Assembly: GCA_030655395.1 (NCBI GenBank)
Contig: JAURVQ010000039.1
Coordinates: 1-56,048, forward strand
DNA from: Gammaproteobacteria bacterium
Lineage (GTDB): Bacteria; Pseudomonadota; Gammaproteobacteria; SURF-13
Reading direction: 5' to 3'
Length of the DNA: 56,048 nucleotides
Each line of letters begins with the position of its first letter. The first letter of the stretch is position 1. A program made the position numbers and the translations under genes. The notes beneath the pieces are model-generated. The model did not search any database, was not told where the DNA came from, and saw only the letters and a program-made list of their open reading frames with translations. Positions 42,765 to 53,762 of the stretch are shown here, one piece after another.

Positions 42765-43697
42765 CTACAGCGCGTAACCGAAACTCTCTTTAAACCGCGC
42801 ATCAAATTCATCACGCGTAAAGCTGTGGTTCTGCGTGCCTGCCTGTTCCACTTTGAGCGCGCCCATGAGCGCTGCTACGCGTCCGGTGGTGCCCCAGTCC
42901 AAGCTGTTCATCAGGCCGTAGAGCAGGCCGGCACGGTAGGCGTCGCCGCAGCCGGTGGGGTCTAATACTTTATCTACCTTCGCCACCGGAATTTCCAGGT
43001 GCTTGCCGTCGGCGTAGATGCTGGAGCCTTTGACGCCGTGCGTGACGATGAGGGCATCGACGAGTTTTGCAAGTTCGTGCAGCGACTTTCCGGTGCACTG
43101 CTGCATGAGCTGGAGTTCGTAGTCGTTGAACGCGGCCCAGGTGGCCTGTTTCATGAACGTCATGAGGTCGTCGCCGCTGAACATGGGCATGCCCTGGCCG
43201 GGGTCGAAGATGAATGGAATGCCGGCGGCGTGAAATTGCGTGGCGTGCTCCACCATGCCGTCGCGACCGTCGGGGGCGATAATGCCAATGCTTACGCCTT
43301 GCGCGTCGCTCACGCGGTTGGCGTGGGCGAAGTTCATCGCGCCCGGATGGAATGCGGTGATCTGATTGTCGTCCAGGTCGGTGGTGATGAATGCCTGCGC
43401 AGTGTAGCTTTTATCGATGAGCTTGACGTGCGTGCGATTGATGCCGCAGCGGTCCATCCAGTCCGTGTAAGGGCCGAAGTCGTTGCCCACCGTACCCATC
43501 GGCAGCGCCTTGCCGCCCAGCAGGTGGAGGTTGTAGGCGATGTTACCCGCGCAGCCGCCGAATTCGCGGCGCAGGTCGGGCACCAGAAACGAGACGCTCA
43601 GAATGTGCACCTGGCTGGGGATGATGTGATTCTTGAAGCGGTCATGAAACACCATGATGGTGTCGTAGGCGAACGAACCGCAGATCAGTGCAGACAT
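42765..43697 (-). CDS. PfkB-family carbohydrate/adenosine kinase
   Basis: GGCAGNIAYNL ... DPTGCGDAYRAGLLYG. Confidence 0.85.
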   Translation of the reverse strand: MSALICGSFAYDTIMVFHDRFKNHIIPSQVHILSVSFLVPDLRREFGGCAGNIAYNLHLLGGKALPMGTVGNDFGPYTDWMDRCGINRTHVKLIDKSYTAQAFITTDLDDNQITAFHPGAMNFAHANRVSDAQGVSIGIIAPDGRDGMVEHATQFHAAGIPFIFDPGQGMPMFSGDDLMTFMKQATWAAFNDYELQLMQQCTGKSLHELAKLVDALIVTHGVKGSSIYADGKHLEIPVAKVDKVLDPTGCGDAYRAGLLYGLMNSLDWGTTGRVAALMGALKVEQAGTQNHSFTRDEFDARFKESFGYAL

Positions 43698-43748
43698 TGC
43701 AGGACTCCTTGATTTAAAAAGTCAGTAGCCCATGACGCCGCAAGGCGA

Positions 43749-45203
43749 TCAGGGCGCTTTATGCCAGGTCAGGTCGAGCTCGCGCGCCGCCTTGACGTCA
43801 TCCAGGCGCCGCACCGGCGTGGTGTAAGGCGCGCCCTTGAGTTTTGCAGCGTCGGCGCGTGCCTCGGCCAGTATCTTTTGCATCGCGTCGATAAAGCCGT
43901 CCAGCTCTTCCTTGGTCTCGGTCTCGGTCGGCTCGATCAGCAAACACTCCGGCACCAGCAAGGGAAAATACGTCGTCGGCGCGTGGTAGCCGTAGTCGAG
44001 CAAACGCTTGGCGACATCCATCGCAATCACGCCGGTTTCGTCCCTGAGCTTCTTCAGGGTGAGAATGAATTCATGCGTCGCGCGGCGCTTGGGGAAGGCG
44101 GCGACGTAGCCCGCCTGGGTGAGGCGCGCCATCAGATAGTTGGCGTTGAGCGTCGCATAGTGCGCCACGCGCGGCATGCCCTCGCGCCCGAGCAGGCGCG
44201 CGTAGACGTAAGCGCGCAGCAGCACGCCCGCGTTGCCCATGTGCGCGGACAAACGCCCGATGGATTGCGGGCAATCTTTTTCCGTGAGCCAGCGGTAACT
44301 GCCGTCGTTTTCCCTGCCCACAATGGGGATGGGCAGAAACGGTTGCAGTCTTTCGTTCACACCTACCGGACCCGCGCCGGGGCCGCCGCCGCCGTGCGGC
44401 GTGGAGAAGGTCTTGTGCAGATTCATGTGTATCACGTCGAAGCCCATGTCGCCCGGCTTGACCAGGCCGAGAATGGCGTTGAGATTGGCGCCATCGTAAT
44501 ACAGCAGGCCGCCTGCGTCGTGCACGATGGTGCGTACCTCCAGAATATCTTTTTCGAACACGCCGAGCGTTGAGGGATTGGTGAGCATCAGGCCTGCGGT
44601 ATGCGGCCCCACCGCAGCGCGCAACAGTTCAAGGTCGATGTCGCCGTCGGCGTCGGTCGGAATCTCGCGCACCGTGTAGCCGCACATCGCGGCGGTGGCG
44701 GGATTGGTGCCGTGCGCGGCATCGGGCACCAGGATTTCCGTGCGCGCACTGTCGCCGCGCGCGTCGTGATAGGCGCGGATCATGGCCACGCCGGCGAACT
44801 CGCCTTGCGCCCCCGCCATCGGGGTGAGTGACACCGCCTGCATGCCGGTGACGTCTTTCAGGATTTCCTGCAATTCATGCATGCAGGCGAGAAAGCCCTG
44901 GCTGAAGGTTTCCGGGGCCTGCGGATGACGGCCCGCAAAGCCCGGCAGCAGCGCGAGCTTGTTGCACGCGCGCGGGTTGTACTTCATGGTGCAGGAGCCG
45001 AGCGGATAGAACTGGGTGTCGATGGAAAAGTTCTTCTGCGACAATCTTGTGTAGTGCCGCACCACCTGCATCTCGGACACCTCGGGCAACACAGGGCGCC
45101 GTGCGCGCCGAAGATGCGAGGGAATGCCGCTAGTTTCCGCCCTGTCGAGCGGAGACTGCGAGGAATTGGTGCGGCCCGGTTGCGAATGTTCAAAAATCAG
45201 CAT
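43749..45203 (-). CDS. gcvPB: Glycine dehydrogenase (decarboxylating) subunit 2
   Basis: [10 protein letters not shown] ... [17 protein letters not shown]. Confidence 0.95.
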   Translation of the reverse strand: MLIFEHSQPGRTNSSQSPLDRAETSGIPSHLRRARRPVLPEVSEMQVVRHYTRLSQKNFSIDTQFYPLGSCTMKYNPRACNKLALLPGFAGRHPQAPETFSQGFLACMHELQEILKDVTGMQAVSLTPMAGAQGEFAGVAMIRAYHDARGDSARTEILVPDAAHGTNPATAAMCGYTVREIPTDADGDIDLELLRAAVGPHTAGLMLTNPSTLGVFEKDILEVRTIVHDAGGLLYYDGANLNAILGLVKPGDMGFDVIHMNLHKTFSTPHGGGGPGAGPVGVNERLQPFLPIPIVGRENDGSYRWLTEKDCPQSIGRLSAHMGNAGVLLRAYVYARLLGREGMPRVAHYATLNANYLMARLTQAGYVAAFPKRRATHEFILTLKKLRDETGVIAMDVAKRLLDYGYHAPTTYFPLLVPECLLIEPTETETKEELDGFIDAMQKILAEARADAAKLKGAPYTTPVRRLDDVKAARELDLTWHKAP

Positions 45204-45274
45204 GGTGTTCTCGTAGGTGGCTTGATCTCAATCGTCGCCACGCGTAATGTGGTCATTCAACGGAGGTATATGTT

Positions 45275-45484
45275 ATGACGATGACCACAGACCGCATAGT
45301 GCTCGCCTTTGCCGGCAGCGTTATTCTCATCAGCCTGGTTCTGTCGCAGCTTCATTCGCCTTATTGGCTTTGGGTGACGGCCTTTGTCGGCGCCAATCTG
45401 CTGCAAACCGCATTCACCGGCTTTTGTCCCCTGGCCAGAATCCTGGTCGCGTGCGGCGCCAAGCCCGGACCGGGCTGCATGTAA
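45275..45484 (+). CDS. DUF2892 (YgaP-like) small membrane protein
   Basis: [20 protein letters not shown]; paralogous in type to 34258-34464. Confidence 0.7.
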   Translation: MTMTTDRIVLAFAGSVILISLVLSQLHSPYWLWVTAFVGANLLQTAFTGFCPLARILVACGAKPGPGCM

Positions 45485-45487
45485 AGC

Positions 45488-45988
45488 CTATTGTAACGCC
45501 GCAAGTGCCTTGTCGTAATCTGGTTCCTGCCCGATTTCGGGCACCATCTCCGTGTATTTCACCTTGTCGTTTTCATCAATCACGACCACCGCACGCGCGG
45601 TGATGCCGGCGAGCGGGCCGTCTTCGATCAGCACGCCGTAGTCCTTGGCGAAATGGCGATCGCGCATCATCGACAGCGTGATGACGTTTTTGGTGTTCTC
45701 CGCAGTGCAGAAGCGGTTCATGGCGAAGGGCAGATCGGCGGAGATCATCAGCATCACGGTGTCGGCGCTGGCCTTGGCGTGCTCGTTGAATTTTTTCGTA
45801 CTCAGCGCGCACACCGGCGTGTCGAGGCTGGGCACGATGTTGAGCAATTTTTTCTTGCCGCGAAAATCGGCCAGTGTCTTGTTGGCGAGATTGGCATCGG
45901 CCAGATTGAAATCGGGGGCCTTGCTGCCGACTTTCGGCAGGTCGCCGTTAGTGTGTATGGAGTTGCCTTTGAGTGTGATGGTGGCCAT
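45488..45988 (-). CDS. tpx: Thiol peroxidase
   Basis: KAPDFNLADANL...LNIVPSLDTPVCALS. Confidence 0.92.
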   Translation of the reverse strand: MATITLKGNSIHTNGDLPKVGSKAPDFNLADANLANKTLADFRGKKKLLNIVPSLDTPVCALSTKKFNEHAKASADTVMLMISADLPFAMNRFCTAENTKNVITLSMMRDRHFAKDYGVLIEDGPLAGITARAVVVIDENDKVKYTEMVPEIGQEPDYDKALAALQ

Positions 45989-46015
45989 GGTGTTCTCCTT
46001 CTTCGTTGAGCGGAA

Positions 46016-47371
46016 CTACTGTGTCAGTATACGCCGCAGACTGGCAGCATAGGCGTCCAGATCGGCGTCGCGTTTGGTTTCGGTGGCGCACACCAGAATC
46101 GCATCGCCCAGTTCCGGATAGTGCGCGCTCAAATCATAACCGCCGAGGATACTATCTGCGGCGAGTGCCTTGAGCACGTCGCGCGCCGGTTTATTCACAC
46201 GCAGCACCGCCTCATGAAACAACGGGCGGCTGAACACCCGGCTCACGCCCGGAATCGCGCAGAGTTTCTCCACCAGCCGTTGGGTGTTGGCATGGCACGC
46301 CGACGCGACGCGCTCCAGACCCTCCGGCCCCAGCAGCGCCATGTGTATCGTCGCGGCGGTCACCAGCAAACCCTGATTGGTGCAGATGTTGGACGTGGCC
46401 TTGGAGCGGCGGATGTGCTGTTCGCGCGCCTGCAGCGTGAGCGCAAAACCCGGTTTGCCGTCGAGGTCCACGGTGCGTCCGATGATGCGCCCCGGCATCT
46501 GGCGCACGTATTGTTTTTTGCAGCACATGAAACCAAAATACGGCCCGCCGGAAGACAGCGGCGCGCCGAGCGGCTGACCTTCACCGCACACGATGTCGGC
46601 GCCCGTCCCGCCCCATTCTCCCGGCGGCTTGAGCAGTGCGAGCGAGACCGGGTTCACCACCGCAATCACCAGCAGGCCGTTCGCATGCGCCCAGTCGGTG
46701 AGCGCATCGACTTCTTCCAGCACGCCGAAGAAATTCGGCTGCGGGATTACGAGTGCGGCGAAGTCGCCGGACTTGAATTGTTGCAGCGCTTCAGGAACCG
46801 TGTGCCCTTCCCCGGCACAATAAGGAATCTCGACCAGCTCGATGTGCTGGTGGTGCACGATGCTATGCACCACCGCGCGATAGACCGGATGCACCGTGGC
46901 GGGCATCAGCACGCGGCGTGATTTGCCGTGCGTGCGCACCGCCATGAGCACGGCCTCGGCCAGCGCCGAGGCGCCGTCATAGAGCGAGGCGTTGGAGACC
47001 TCCATGCCGGTGAGGTTCGCCATCATGGTCTGGAATTCATACAACAATTGCAGCGTGCCCTGGCTCGCCTCGGCTTGATACGGCGTGTAGGCGGAATAAA
47101 ATTCGCCACGCGTGGTGATCTCCCATACCGCGGCGGGGATGTGGTGCTCGTACGCGCCCGCACCGATGAAGCACAACGGCGCCCCGTCCTGTGCGGCGTA
47201 TTCGCTCATCAGGCGCGTGACCTCCATTTCGGAGAGGCGCGTGGGCACCGCGCTCAATTGCGTCTCGCGCAGTTGCGGCGGAATCTCTTCGAACAGGTCG
47301 TCGATGCTGTTTGCGCCGATGGCGGCGAGCATCGCGGCGACATCGGCTTGGGTGTGCGGGATAAACGGCAT
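46016..47371 (-). CDS. gcvPA: Glycine dehydrogenase (decarboxylating) subunit 1
   Basis: [19 protein letters not shown]...[15 protein letters not shown]...[14 protein letters not shown]. Confidence 0.95.
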   Translation of the reverse strand: MPFIPHTQADVAAMLAAIGANSIDDLFEEIPPQLRETQLSAVPTRLSEMEVTRLMSEYAAQDGAPLCFIGAGAYEHHIPAAVWEITTRGEFYSAYTPYQAEASQGTLQLLYEFQTMMANLTGMEVSNASLYDGASALAEAVLMAVRTHGKSRRVLMPATVHPVYRAVVHSIVHHQHIELVEIPYCAGEGHTVPEALQQFKSGDFAALVIPQPNFFGVLEEVDALTDWAHANGLLVIAVVNPVSLALLKPPGEWGGTGADIVCGEGQPLGAPLSSGGPYFGFMCCKKQYVRQMPGRIIGRTVDLDGKPGFALTLQAREQHIRRSKATSNICTNQGLLVTAATIHMALLGPEGLERVASACHANTQRLVEKLCAIPGVSRVFSRPLFHEAVLRVNKPARDVLKALAADSILGGYDLSAHYPELGDAILVCATETKRDADLDAYAASLRRILTQ

Positions 47372-47389
47372 GGTATTATTTAATGGCTA

Positions 47390-47785
47390 CTAATGTGTTT
47401 CGGAGGCGATAAATGTTTCATAGCTTTTGGCATCCAGCAGGTTATTCAATTCCGCCGGATTGGAAGGCTTTAGACGCAGCATCCAGGCCTTGCCGTAGGC
47501 GTCCTTGTTCACCAGCTCCGGCTGGCCGGTGAGCGCGGGGTTGGCCTCGATCACGTCCCCCGCGATGGGGCTGTAGATGTCGGAGGCGGCCTTCACGGAT
47601 TCCACTACGGCGCAGGCTTCCCCTGCTTTCAGCGTGCGTCCGGCCTGCGGCACGTCGATGAACACCACGTCGCCCAGCAAATCCTGCGCGTGATCGGTGA
47701 TGCCCATGGTCACCGTGCCGTCCTTTTGCACATCCACCCATTCGTGGGTTTTGGTGTACTTGAGATGTTTTGGGATATTGCTCAT
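47390..47785 (-). CDS. gcvH: Glycine cleavage system H protein
   Basis: YTKTHEWV...VESVKAASDIYSP (lipoyl-Lys motif). Confidence 0.95.
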   Translation of the reverse strand: MSNIPKHLKYTKTHEWVDVQKDGTVTMGITDHAQDLLGDVVFIDVPQAGRTLKAGEACAVVESVKAASDIYSPIAGDVIEANPALTGQPELVNKDAYGKAWMLRLKPSNPAELNNLLDAKSYETFIASETH

Positions 47786-47806
47786 GCCCTGAGTCCTCTC
47801 AGAATT

Positions 47807-48910
47807 TCAGATTAAAGATTTGCCGTTGCGTACAAACGGCGGTTTCACGACGCGTGCCGGGTGCAGTGTGCCGCGGATATCCACCGCCACGCGCGCGCCG
47901 GTCGCCGTGGGCACGCGCGCCAGCGCGATGGCCAGGCCGAGTGTGGGTGCGAAACTGCCGCTGGTGATTTCGCCAGAACCAGCGTCGGCGCCCACACCTT
48001 CGACGATCACTTTTTGATGATTGCGCAGCACGCCCTTGTCTTCCAGCACCAACCCCACCAGTTTGCGCGTGACGCCTTGCGCCTTTTGTTTTTCCAGTGC
48101 GTCGCGCCCGATGAAGTTGCGCGCGGCGGGTTCCCACGCCACCGTCCACTCCAGTCCGCATTCCAGCGGAGAAATGGTTTCATCCATGTCCGTGCCGTAG
48201 AGGTTCATGCCCGCTTCGAGCCGCAGCGTGTCGCGCGCGCCGAGGCCGATGGGTTTGACGCCTTGGCCCAGCAACGCGCGCCACATTGCGGCGGCGTCTT
48301 TGCCCGGCAGCAATATCTCAAAGCCATCTTCGCCGGTGTAGCCGGTGCGGCCGATGAAGATGTCGCCCGCGTGTGCGGCGTAAAAAGGTTTGAGTTGCGC
48401 GGCCTGCTCACGCAGGGCGTCGTTGACACCGGCCAGCACGCCATACACCCGTTCACGCGCATTGGGGCCCTGCACGGCGATCATGGCGAGCTCAGGCCGT
48501 TCGGTAACGGTGATGTTATACGCCGCCGCTTGGGTGTTGATCCAGGCCATATCTTTCTCGCGCGTGGCGGCGTTTACCACTATGCGGAACCACTGTTCAT
48601 CCATGAAGTAGACAATGAGGTCGTCAATCACGCCGCCCTGCGCATTCAGCATGCAGGTGTAGAGCGCCTGATTTTGCTTGAGCTTGTCTACATTGTTGGC
48701 GATGAGGTATTGCAGAAACGCGCGCACCTGGGCACCGTGCAAGTCCACGATGGTCATGTGCGAGACGTCGAACATGCCGGCGTCGCGCCGCACCTGATGA
48801 TGCTCTTCGACCTGCGAGCCGTAATGGATGGGCATGTCCCAACCGGCGAAATCGACAATCTTCGCGTGCAGCGCCAGGTGTTCCTGATAGAGCGGTGTTT
48901 GGCGGCCCAT
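47807..48910 (-). CDS. gcvT: Aminomethyltransferase (glycine cleavage T protein)
   Basis: [48 protein letters not shown]. Confidence 0.95.
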   Translation of the reverse strand: MGRQTPLYQEHLALHAKIVDFAGWDMPIHYGSQVEEHHQVRRDAGMFDVSHMTIVDLHGAQVRAFLQYLIANNVDKLKQNQALYTCMLNAQGGVIDDLIVYFMDEQWFRIVVNAATREKDMAWINTQAAAYNITVTERPELAMIAVQGPNARERVYGVLAGVNDALREQAAQLKPFYAAHAGDIFIGRTGYTGEDGFEILLPGKDAAAMWRALLGQGVKPIGLGARDTLRLEAGMNLYGTDMDETISPLECGLEWTVAWEPAARNFIGRDALEKQKAQGVTRKLVGLVLEDKGVLRNHQKVIVEGVGADAGSGEITSGSFAPTLGLAIALARVPTATGARVAVDIRGTLHPARVVKPPFVRNGKSLI

Positions 48911-48925
48911 GATGTTCTCGCGTAA

Positions 48926-48979
48926 AAATCAAAAAGAAAAGGGCGAGAGCAACGCATTCACGGTGCGCTGCTCTCGCCC
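48926..48979 (-). terminator. Riboswitch expression-platform terminator
   Basis: Minus strand reads GGGCGAGAGCA ...17 nt... TGCTCTCGCCC, followed by TTTTCTTTTTGATTTTT. Confidence 0.7.
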
Positions 48980-49157
48980 CTCTGTCCTGTGACCTGAGAG
49001 ATTGAACCCCTTCGGTGCCTGACCACGGATATCAGCGGTCAGAACTCTCCAGAATATAGTGCTGTCTACGCGGTCCTTTTGCCTGAGCGTTTCCGGGCGG
49101 TTTGCGCCGTCGGCGTCCGGCACCGGTGCGACGGTGTCAGATCTCTCCCGCGAAGAT
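48980..49157 (-). ncRNA. Tandem glycine riboswitch (two aptamers) leading gcvT
   Basis: The minus strand contains GGGAGAG...CTCAGGCAAAAGGAC (aptamer 1) and CTGGAGAG...CACCGAAGGGG...CTCTCAGG..ACAGGACAG (aptamer 2). These are hallmark conserved segments in the expected position. Confidence 0.85.
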
Positions 49158-49303
49158 CAAGCCTACTATACCGTGCGCGTGCGGTGAATCCAAGCCAAAT
49201 TGCTCAACCCGGTGCGACAAAAAATCCGCCGTAACTGCTATCCACAGTTGACAGATGTTGCGCCGCTGTTGAAGATGTAGGCAATCTGACCCCGGGAGGC
49301 CCC

Positions 49304-49702
49304 ATGAAAGAAATGCCGCAGCAGACCAACCGCGTCGTAATACGCTCCCTGCACATCATTGAATGGGTGGGCCTGTCGCTGATCACCGTCGCTACCATGG
49401 TGGCAGTGGGGCAGGAAATTGGGCTGATGGTGGCGAACCGGGTGGTGTTGTTGCAGGATATCCTGCTGCTGTTTATCTATCTTGAAATCTTCACCATGGT
49501 CGGTCTCTATTTCAAGAGCGGCAAGCTGCCGGTGCGTTATCCGATTTATATCGCCATGGTGGCGATAGCGCGTTACATCATTATTGGTCTAAAGGACCTG
49601 GATGGCTGGTCCATGGTTGCGTTTTCCATCGCCATTCTGGTGCTGGCGGTCGCGGTGCTGGCCATACGCTACGGCCACCTGCGTTTTCCTTACGAGGAAT
49701 AG
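49304..49702 (+). CDS. psiE: Phosphate-starvation-inducible protein PsiE
   Basis: LLFIYLEIFTMVGLYFKSGKLPVRYPIYIAMVAIARYIIIG. Confidence 0.8.
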   Translation: MKEMPQQTNRVVIRSLHIIEWVGLSLITVATMVAVGQEIGLMVANRVVLLQDILLLFIYLEIFTMVGLYFKSGKLPVRYPIYIAMVAIARYIIIGLKDLDGWSMVAFSIAILVLAVAVLAIRYGHLRFPYEE

Positions 49703-49703
49703 G

Positions 49704-51371
49704 TCACGCTTGTGTGCTGGTGGAGCGCATCAGCAGCCGCACCGGGATCAGTCCCACCAGGATCAGCACCAGCGCGGGTAGCGCCGCGCGCTGCCATTCG
49801 CCCTCCGAGGTCATTTCGAAGATGCGGATGGCAAGCGTATCCCAGCCAAACGGGCGCAGCAGCAGCGTCGCCGGCATCTCCTTCATGACCTCGACAAAGA
49901 CCAGCAGGGTGGCGGAGAGCAGGCCGGGCCGCAGCATGGGCAGATACACCCGCCACAGGATTTCCCTTTGCCCCGCGCCCAGGCTGCGCGCGGCCTGCGT
50001 GATCGACGGCGTGATGCGCTCCAGGCCGCTCTCCACCGGGCCATGCGCGACGGCGAGAAAACGCACCAGATAGGCAAACAGCAATGCCGTGAGCGAGCCT
50101 GCAAGTGCGAACCCAGCGGGTGTGCCGAGCCACGTCTCGCTGAAGGTGTCGATCCCCCTGTCCAGCCACGTCAGCACCAGCATGATGCCCACCGCGAGTA
50201 CCGTGCCCGGCAGCGCGTAGCCCAGCGTGGCAAGGCGGATCAGGGCGTGGGTCAGGTTATCGCGGGAGCCGCGCCGCGCTGCGGAGAGCAGCAAGGCCGC
50301 GGACACGGTAATGAGCGCGGCGAATGCGCCGAGTGCCAGCGTATGCAGCGTAAATTCGATATAGCGCGTATCCAGACCGCTGAGCGCCGTGTCCGCGGCC
50401 CAGACCAGCAGTTGCGCCAGCGGCACGAGAAAGGCGGCGGACAGCACCACGCCAGCGGCGGCGGTCGCGCCCCAGGCACGCGCACCCGTGAGGCGAAAGC
50501 GGCGTTCGTGCGCGAGCTTGCCGCCGCTGTGAAAACGCGCCGCGCCCCGGAAGTGGTGCTCCAGATAGAAGGCGAACGCCACGAACAGCAGCAGCAGTGT
50601 GGAGAGCTGTGCCGCCGCGTCGATACTGAACAACCCGAACCAGGCCTTGTAGATCGCGGTGGTGAAGGTGTCGTAGTTGAAAATGTATACCGCGCCGAAG
50701 TCGGCGAGCGTCTCCATGAGTGCGAGTGCTACGCCTGCCGCGAGCGCCGGGCGCGCGGTGGGCAGCGCCACGCGCAGAAACGCCTGCCATGGCGTGAGGC
50801 CCAGCATGCGCCCGCACTCCAGCAGGGTGCGCCCCTGCGAGAGGAACGCCGCGCGCGCGAGCATGTAAACGTAAGGATAGAGCGCAAGCACCATCACCAC
50901 AATGATACCGCCTGTGGAGCGGATGGCCGGCAGCCGCAGATCCGCGCCGAACACCGTACGCAGCGCCGTTTGCAGCGGGCCGCTGAAGTCCAGCAGGCCA
51001 ATGGCGACGAAGGCGAGTACGTAAGTGGGCACGGCAAGCGGCAGCATCAGCGCCCACTCGAACATGCGCCGGCCGGGAAACTCGCACATCGCAGTGAGCC
51101 ATGCGAGCCCCGCGCCCAGCACCAGCACGCCCACTCCGACGCCCGCCGTCAACACCAGCGTGTTGCGTACCAGTTCGCCCAGCACGGTATGCGCCAGATG
51201 GCGCCATACCTCGCCCTCCGGGTGTAGCCAGGAGAGGAACGGCACCAGGATGGGAAGCGCGACCAGCGCGGCGATGAGCAGCGTGACCATATGCCAGCCG
51301 CTGTTCATGCGGCGCGCGCGAACCCCCAGATGGCCTGGGGCCATGGCGCCGGTGCCGGGGTGTGCGCTCAC
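49704..51371 (-). CDS. Fe(3+) ABC transporter permease (double-domain FbpB type)
   Basis: 555 aa, ~12 TM segments, two EAA-like loops (ECGRMLGLTPWQAF / QAARSLGAGQREIL). Confidence 0.85.
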   Translation of the reverse strand: MSAHPGTGAMAPGHLGVRARRMNSGWHMVTLLIAALVALPILVPFLSWLHPEGEVWRHLAHTVLGELVRNTLVLTAGVGVGVLVLGAGLAWLTAMCEFPGRRMFEWALMLPLAVPTYVLAFVAIGLLDFSGPLQTALRTVFGADLRLPAIRSTGGIIVVMVLALYPYVYMLARAAFLSQGRTLLECGRMLGLTPWQAFLRVALPTARPALAAGVALALMETLADFGAVYIFNYDTFTTAIYKAWFGLFSIDAAAQLSTLLLLFVAFAFYLEHHFRGAARFHSGGKLAHERRFRLTGARAWGATAAAGVVLSAAFLVPLAQLLVWAADTALSGLDTRYIEFTLHTLALGAFAALITVSAALLLSAARRGSRDNLTHALIRLATLGYALPGTVLAVGIMLVLTWLDRGIDTFSETWLGTPAGFALAGSLTALLFAYLVRFLAVAHGPVESGLERITPSITQAARSLGAGQREILWRVYLPMLRPGLLSATLLVFVEVMKEMPATLLLRPFGWDTLAIRIFEMTSEGEWQRAALPALVLILVGLIPVRLLMRSTSTQA

Positions 51372-51377
51372 GTGGGC

Positions 51378-52385
51378 TTATTTATATCCCGCGCGATCCA
51401 TCAGCATCACCGCCCGGGCTTGTAGTTTACCGGCCTCGGCGACATTGATGGTGTCCTGTTTGAATGCGCCCCACGAGGCCACCAGCGGATCGGGTTGCAC
51501 CTGCGGGTTGGCGGGAAACTCCAGGTTGGAGTCAGCGAACAGATGTTGCGCCTTGTCGCCGGAGAGCCATTCAAGGAATTTCAGCGCCGCCTGCGCATGC
51601 CTGGCGTGCTTGGTAACGCCGGCGCCGGAGATGTTCACGTGCACGCCACGGTCGTTCTGGTTCGGCCAGTAGAGCGCGAGCGGCAGTTCCGGCTTGCTCT
51701 TCATGAGTCGCCCGTAGTAATAGGTGTTGACGATGCCCACGTCGCACTGACCGGCGGCGATAGCCTCCATCTCCTTGGTATCGTCCGAGTGCGGTTCGGT
51801 GGCGAGGTTCGTGACCCAGCCGCGCACGATCTCCTCGGTCTTCTGCTCGCCCAGGCGCGCGATCATCATCGCCACCAGCGACTGGTTGTAGACCTTCTTC
51901 GAGGAACGCAGGCACAACCGGCCCTTCCATTGCGCCGCGCCCAGGCCTTCATAGGAAGCGAGGTCGGCGGGCTTCACCTTTTGGGTGTTGTAGACAATGG
52001 TGCGCGCCCGTACCGAGAGACCGTACCAGTAGCCGTCCGGGTCGCGCAGATGGGCGGGAATATTGTCGTGCAGTGTTTTGGACTCGACCTTGGCCAACAC
52101 GCCCTCCTGTGCCGCCTGCCACAGGTTGCCGGCATCTACCGTGATCAGAAGATCGGCCGGTGTGTTCTTGCCCTCGGCCTTGAGGCGTGCGAGCAGCGGG
52201 CCCTCCTGGCCGGTGACGAACTGGATATTGACACCGGTTTCCTTGGTATAGGCATCAAACAAGGGCTTGATCAGTTGTTCGTTGCGTGCCGAGTAAACCA
52301 CAATCTCATCCGCCGCCTGGACAGGCGCAAAGGCGAGGGGCAGCAGGGCAAGCAGCGACAGCAAGGCATAACGTAAGGGTTTCAT
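51378..52385 (-). CDS. Fe(3+) ABC transporter substrate-binding protein (FbpA/AfuA type)
   Basis: Signal peptide [24 protein letters not shown], then [26 protein letters not shown]. Confidence 0.85.
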   Translation of the reverse strand: MKPLRYALLSLLALLPLAFAPVQAADEIVVYSARNEQLIKPLFDAYTKETGVNIQFVTGQEGPLLARLKAEGKNTPADLLITVDAGNLWQAAQEGVLAKVESKTLHDNIPAHLRDPDGYWYGLSVRARTIVYNTQKVKPADLASYEGLGAAQWKGRLCLRSSKKVYNQSLVAMMIARLGEQKTEEIVRGWVTNLATEPHSDDTKEMEAIAAGQCDVGIVNTYYYGRLMKSKPELPLALYWPNQNDRGVHVNISGAGVTKHARHAQAALKFLEWLSGDKAQHLFADSNLEFPANPQVQPDPLVASWGAFKQDTINVAEAGKLQARAVMLMDRAGYK

Positions 52386-52416
52386 TACAGGCTCCATGAA
52401 AGTAAGGTCACCATGT

Positions 52417-52435
52417 AATGATAATTATTATCATT
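52417..52435. promoter_or_regulatory. Fur box
   Basis: AATGATAATTATTATCATT is a 19-bp near-perfect palindrome matching GATAATGATAATCATTATC-type Fur sites, ~30 bp upstream of the iron-binding-protein gene. Confidence 0.8.
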
Positions 52436-52473
52436 TACCAATGCAAGTGTCTGTAGGGTCACCTTGATCGCGC

Positions 52474-53226
52474 CTAGCCAAGGGCGCTGTTCAGCAGCTT
52501 GAAGGCCGCGAACAGCAGCACCAAGGCCAGTAAACGCTGCAAAACCACGGGCGGGAGCCGGAAAGCACCCGTGTGAGAGCCGAGGCCGCCGCCGAGGATG
52601 ACGGCGGCGGCGAGCAGGCCGGTCAGTGTCCAGTCAGGCGGCGCTTGCGCAGTCTTCGCCAGCAGTCCGGCGCAGGAGTTGAGGAAAATAAAGGCGGCGG
52701 ACACGGCGGCGGTTTTTTTGGCGTCCGCCCAGCCGAGCGCCAGCAGCAAGGGGCTCAGGAAAATACCGCCCCCTATACCGAGCAGGCCGGCGAGAAAGCC
52801 CAGCAACAGTCCGACGGGCAGGCCGATGAGGTAGAGACGTTGTGGCGTGAGATCGTCCCTGGCCGTCAGCGGACGGGAAAAAATCATGAAGCGCACGGCG
52901 GCGGCCAGCAAGGTGACGCCCAGCAAAATGGAAAAAGCGTCCGGCGACAGGTGCAGCGCACCGCCCACATAGGCGGCCGGGATGGAGGTAATGACGAACG
53001 GCGCCAGCAGGCGCGGATCGAAATGCCCGGCGCGCTGATAGTGGAAAAATGCCAGCCCGCTGACCAGCAGATTCAGCGCCAGCACCGTCGGCACGATGTC
53101 CGCACGCGCAAAGCCGAACAGCGCGAAGAGGGCGAGGTAAGTCGAGGCCCCGCCGTGGCCCACCGAGCTGTACACCAGCGCGGTAACGAAGAACAGCGGA
53201 ACCAGCCAAAGCAGGTCAGCATCCAT
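52474..53226 (-). CDS. TauE/SafE-family sulfite/anion exporter
   Basis: 250 aa, ~8 TM segments, GGASTYLALF and GIGGGIFLSPLL motifs. Confidence 0.8.
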   Translation of the reverse strand: MDADLLWLVPLFFVTALVYSSVGHGGASTYLALFALFGFARADIVPTVLALNLLVSGLAFFHYQRAGHFDPRLLAPFVITSIPAAYVGGALHLSPDAFSILLGVTLLAAAVRFMIFSRPLTARDDLTPQRLYLIGLPVGLLLGFLAGLLGIGGGIFLSPLLLALGWADAKKTAAVSAAFIFLNSCAGLLAKTAQAPPDWTLTGLLAAAVILGGGLGSHTGAFRLPPVVLQRLLALVLLFAAFKLLNSALG

Positions 53227-53380
53227 GTGTGATATTTACCACGGCGGCATGGTCGCTCCTGCGCATCCATGCGACGTGCAGGGACGCACTAGTGTCACGG
53301 GAGGCAGGACGCCGGGAGTGACCGCCCGCGACATTCGCAGAACCCTTCGCTTGCGCTCTTCCCTGTGCAGCACAAAAAAA

Positions 53381-53401
53381 AGCCAGCGGGTTAGGCTGGC
53401 T
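53381..53401 (-). terminator. Intrinsic terminator of the cytochrome c gene (bidirectional shape)
   Basis: AGCCAGC gggttag GCTGGCT flanked by A8 (53373-53380) and T4. On the minus strand the hairpin is followed by T8. Confidence 0.8.
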
Positions 53402-53426
53402 TTTAGTAAGGCAAAGTCGAAAATGA

Positions 53427-53762
53427 TTATTTTTTCAGGGATACGATAAAGTCCGCGAGCTGCTCGATGTCGGCATCCGACACGCGCGGCGAGTAGGCGG
53501 GCATCACGCCCATCTGCCAGCGGCCCGTGCCGCCTTTCTTGATCCACTCGACCAAGGCTGCCTTGGCGCCGGCGTCGGCCTTGTACTTGGTGCTTATATC
53601 GTTCCAGGACGGCCCAACACGCTTCTGCTCAACGTTATGGCAGGCGAAGCAGCCGCTTTTCTTGGCCAGATCCGAGCCGGCAGCCATGTCCAGTGCGGCG
53701 CTTGCTTGACCAGCGAACAGCAGGGTGGCGGCGGCGGAAGCAATTAACCAATGTGACTTCAT
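53427..53762 (-). CDS. Class I c-type cytochrome (c551/c552-like)
   Basis: Signal peptide, CFACH haem motif, distal Met in GVMPAY. Confidence 0.85.
   Translation of the reverse strand: MKSHWLIASAAATLLFAGQASAALDMAAGSDLAKKSGCFACHNVEQKRVGPSWNDISTKYKADAGAKAALVEWIKKGGTGRWQMGVMPAYSPRVSDADIEQLADFIVSLKK

Noticed and set aside
45222-45235. FNR-like TTGAT-CTCA-ATCGT between gcvPB and the DUF2892 gene.
   Set aside because: It is only an 8/10 match. It is too close to the gcvPB ATG (25 bp) and has no -10 element at class II distance on either strand.
53227-53375. 150-nt GC-rich leader upstream of the TauE-family gene, considered as a possible riboswitch.
   Set aside because: I could match no conserved riboswitch core (SAM, SAH, etc.) by eye. 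Only short generic hairpins are present.
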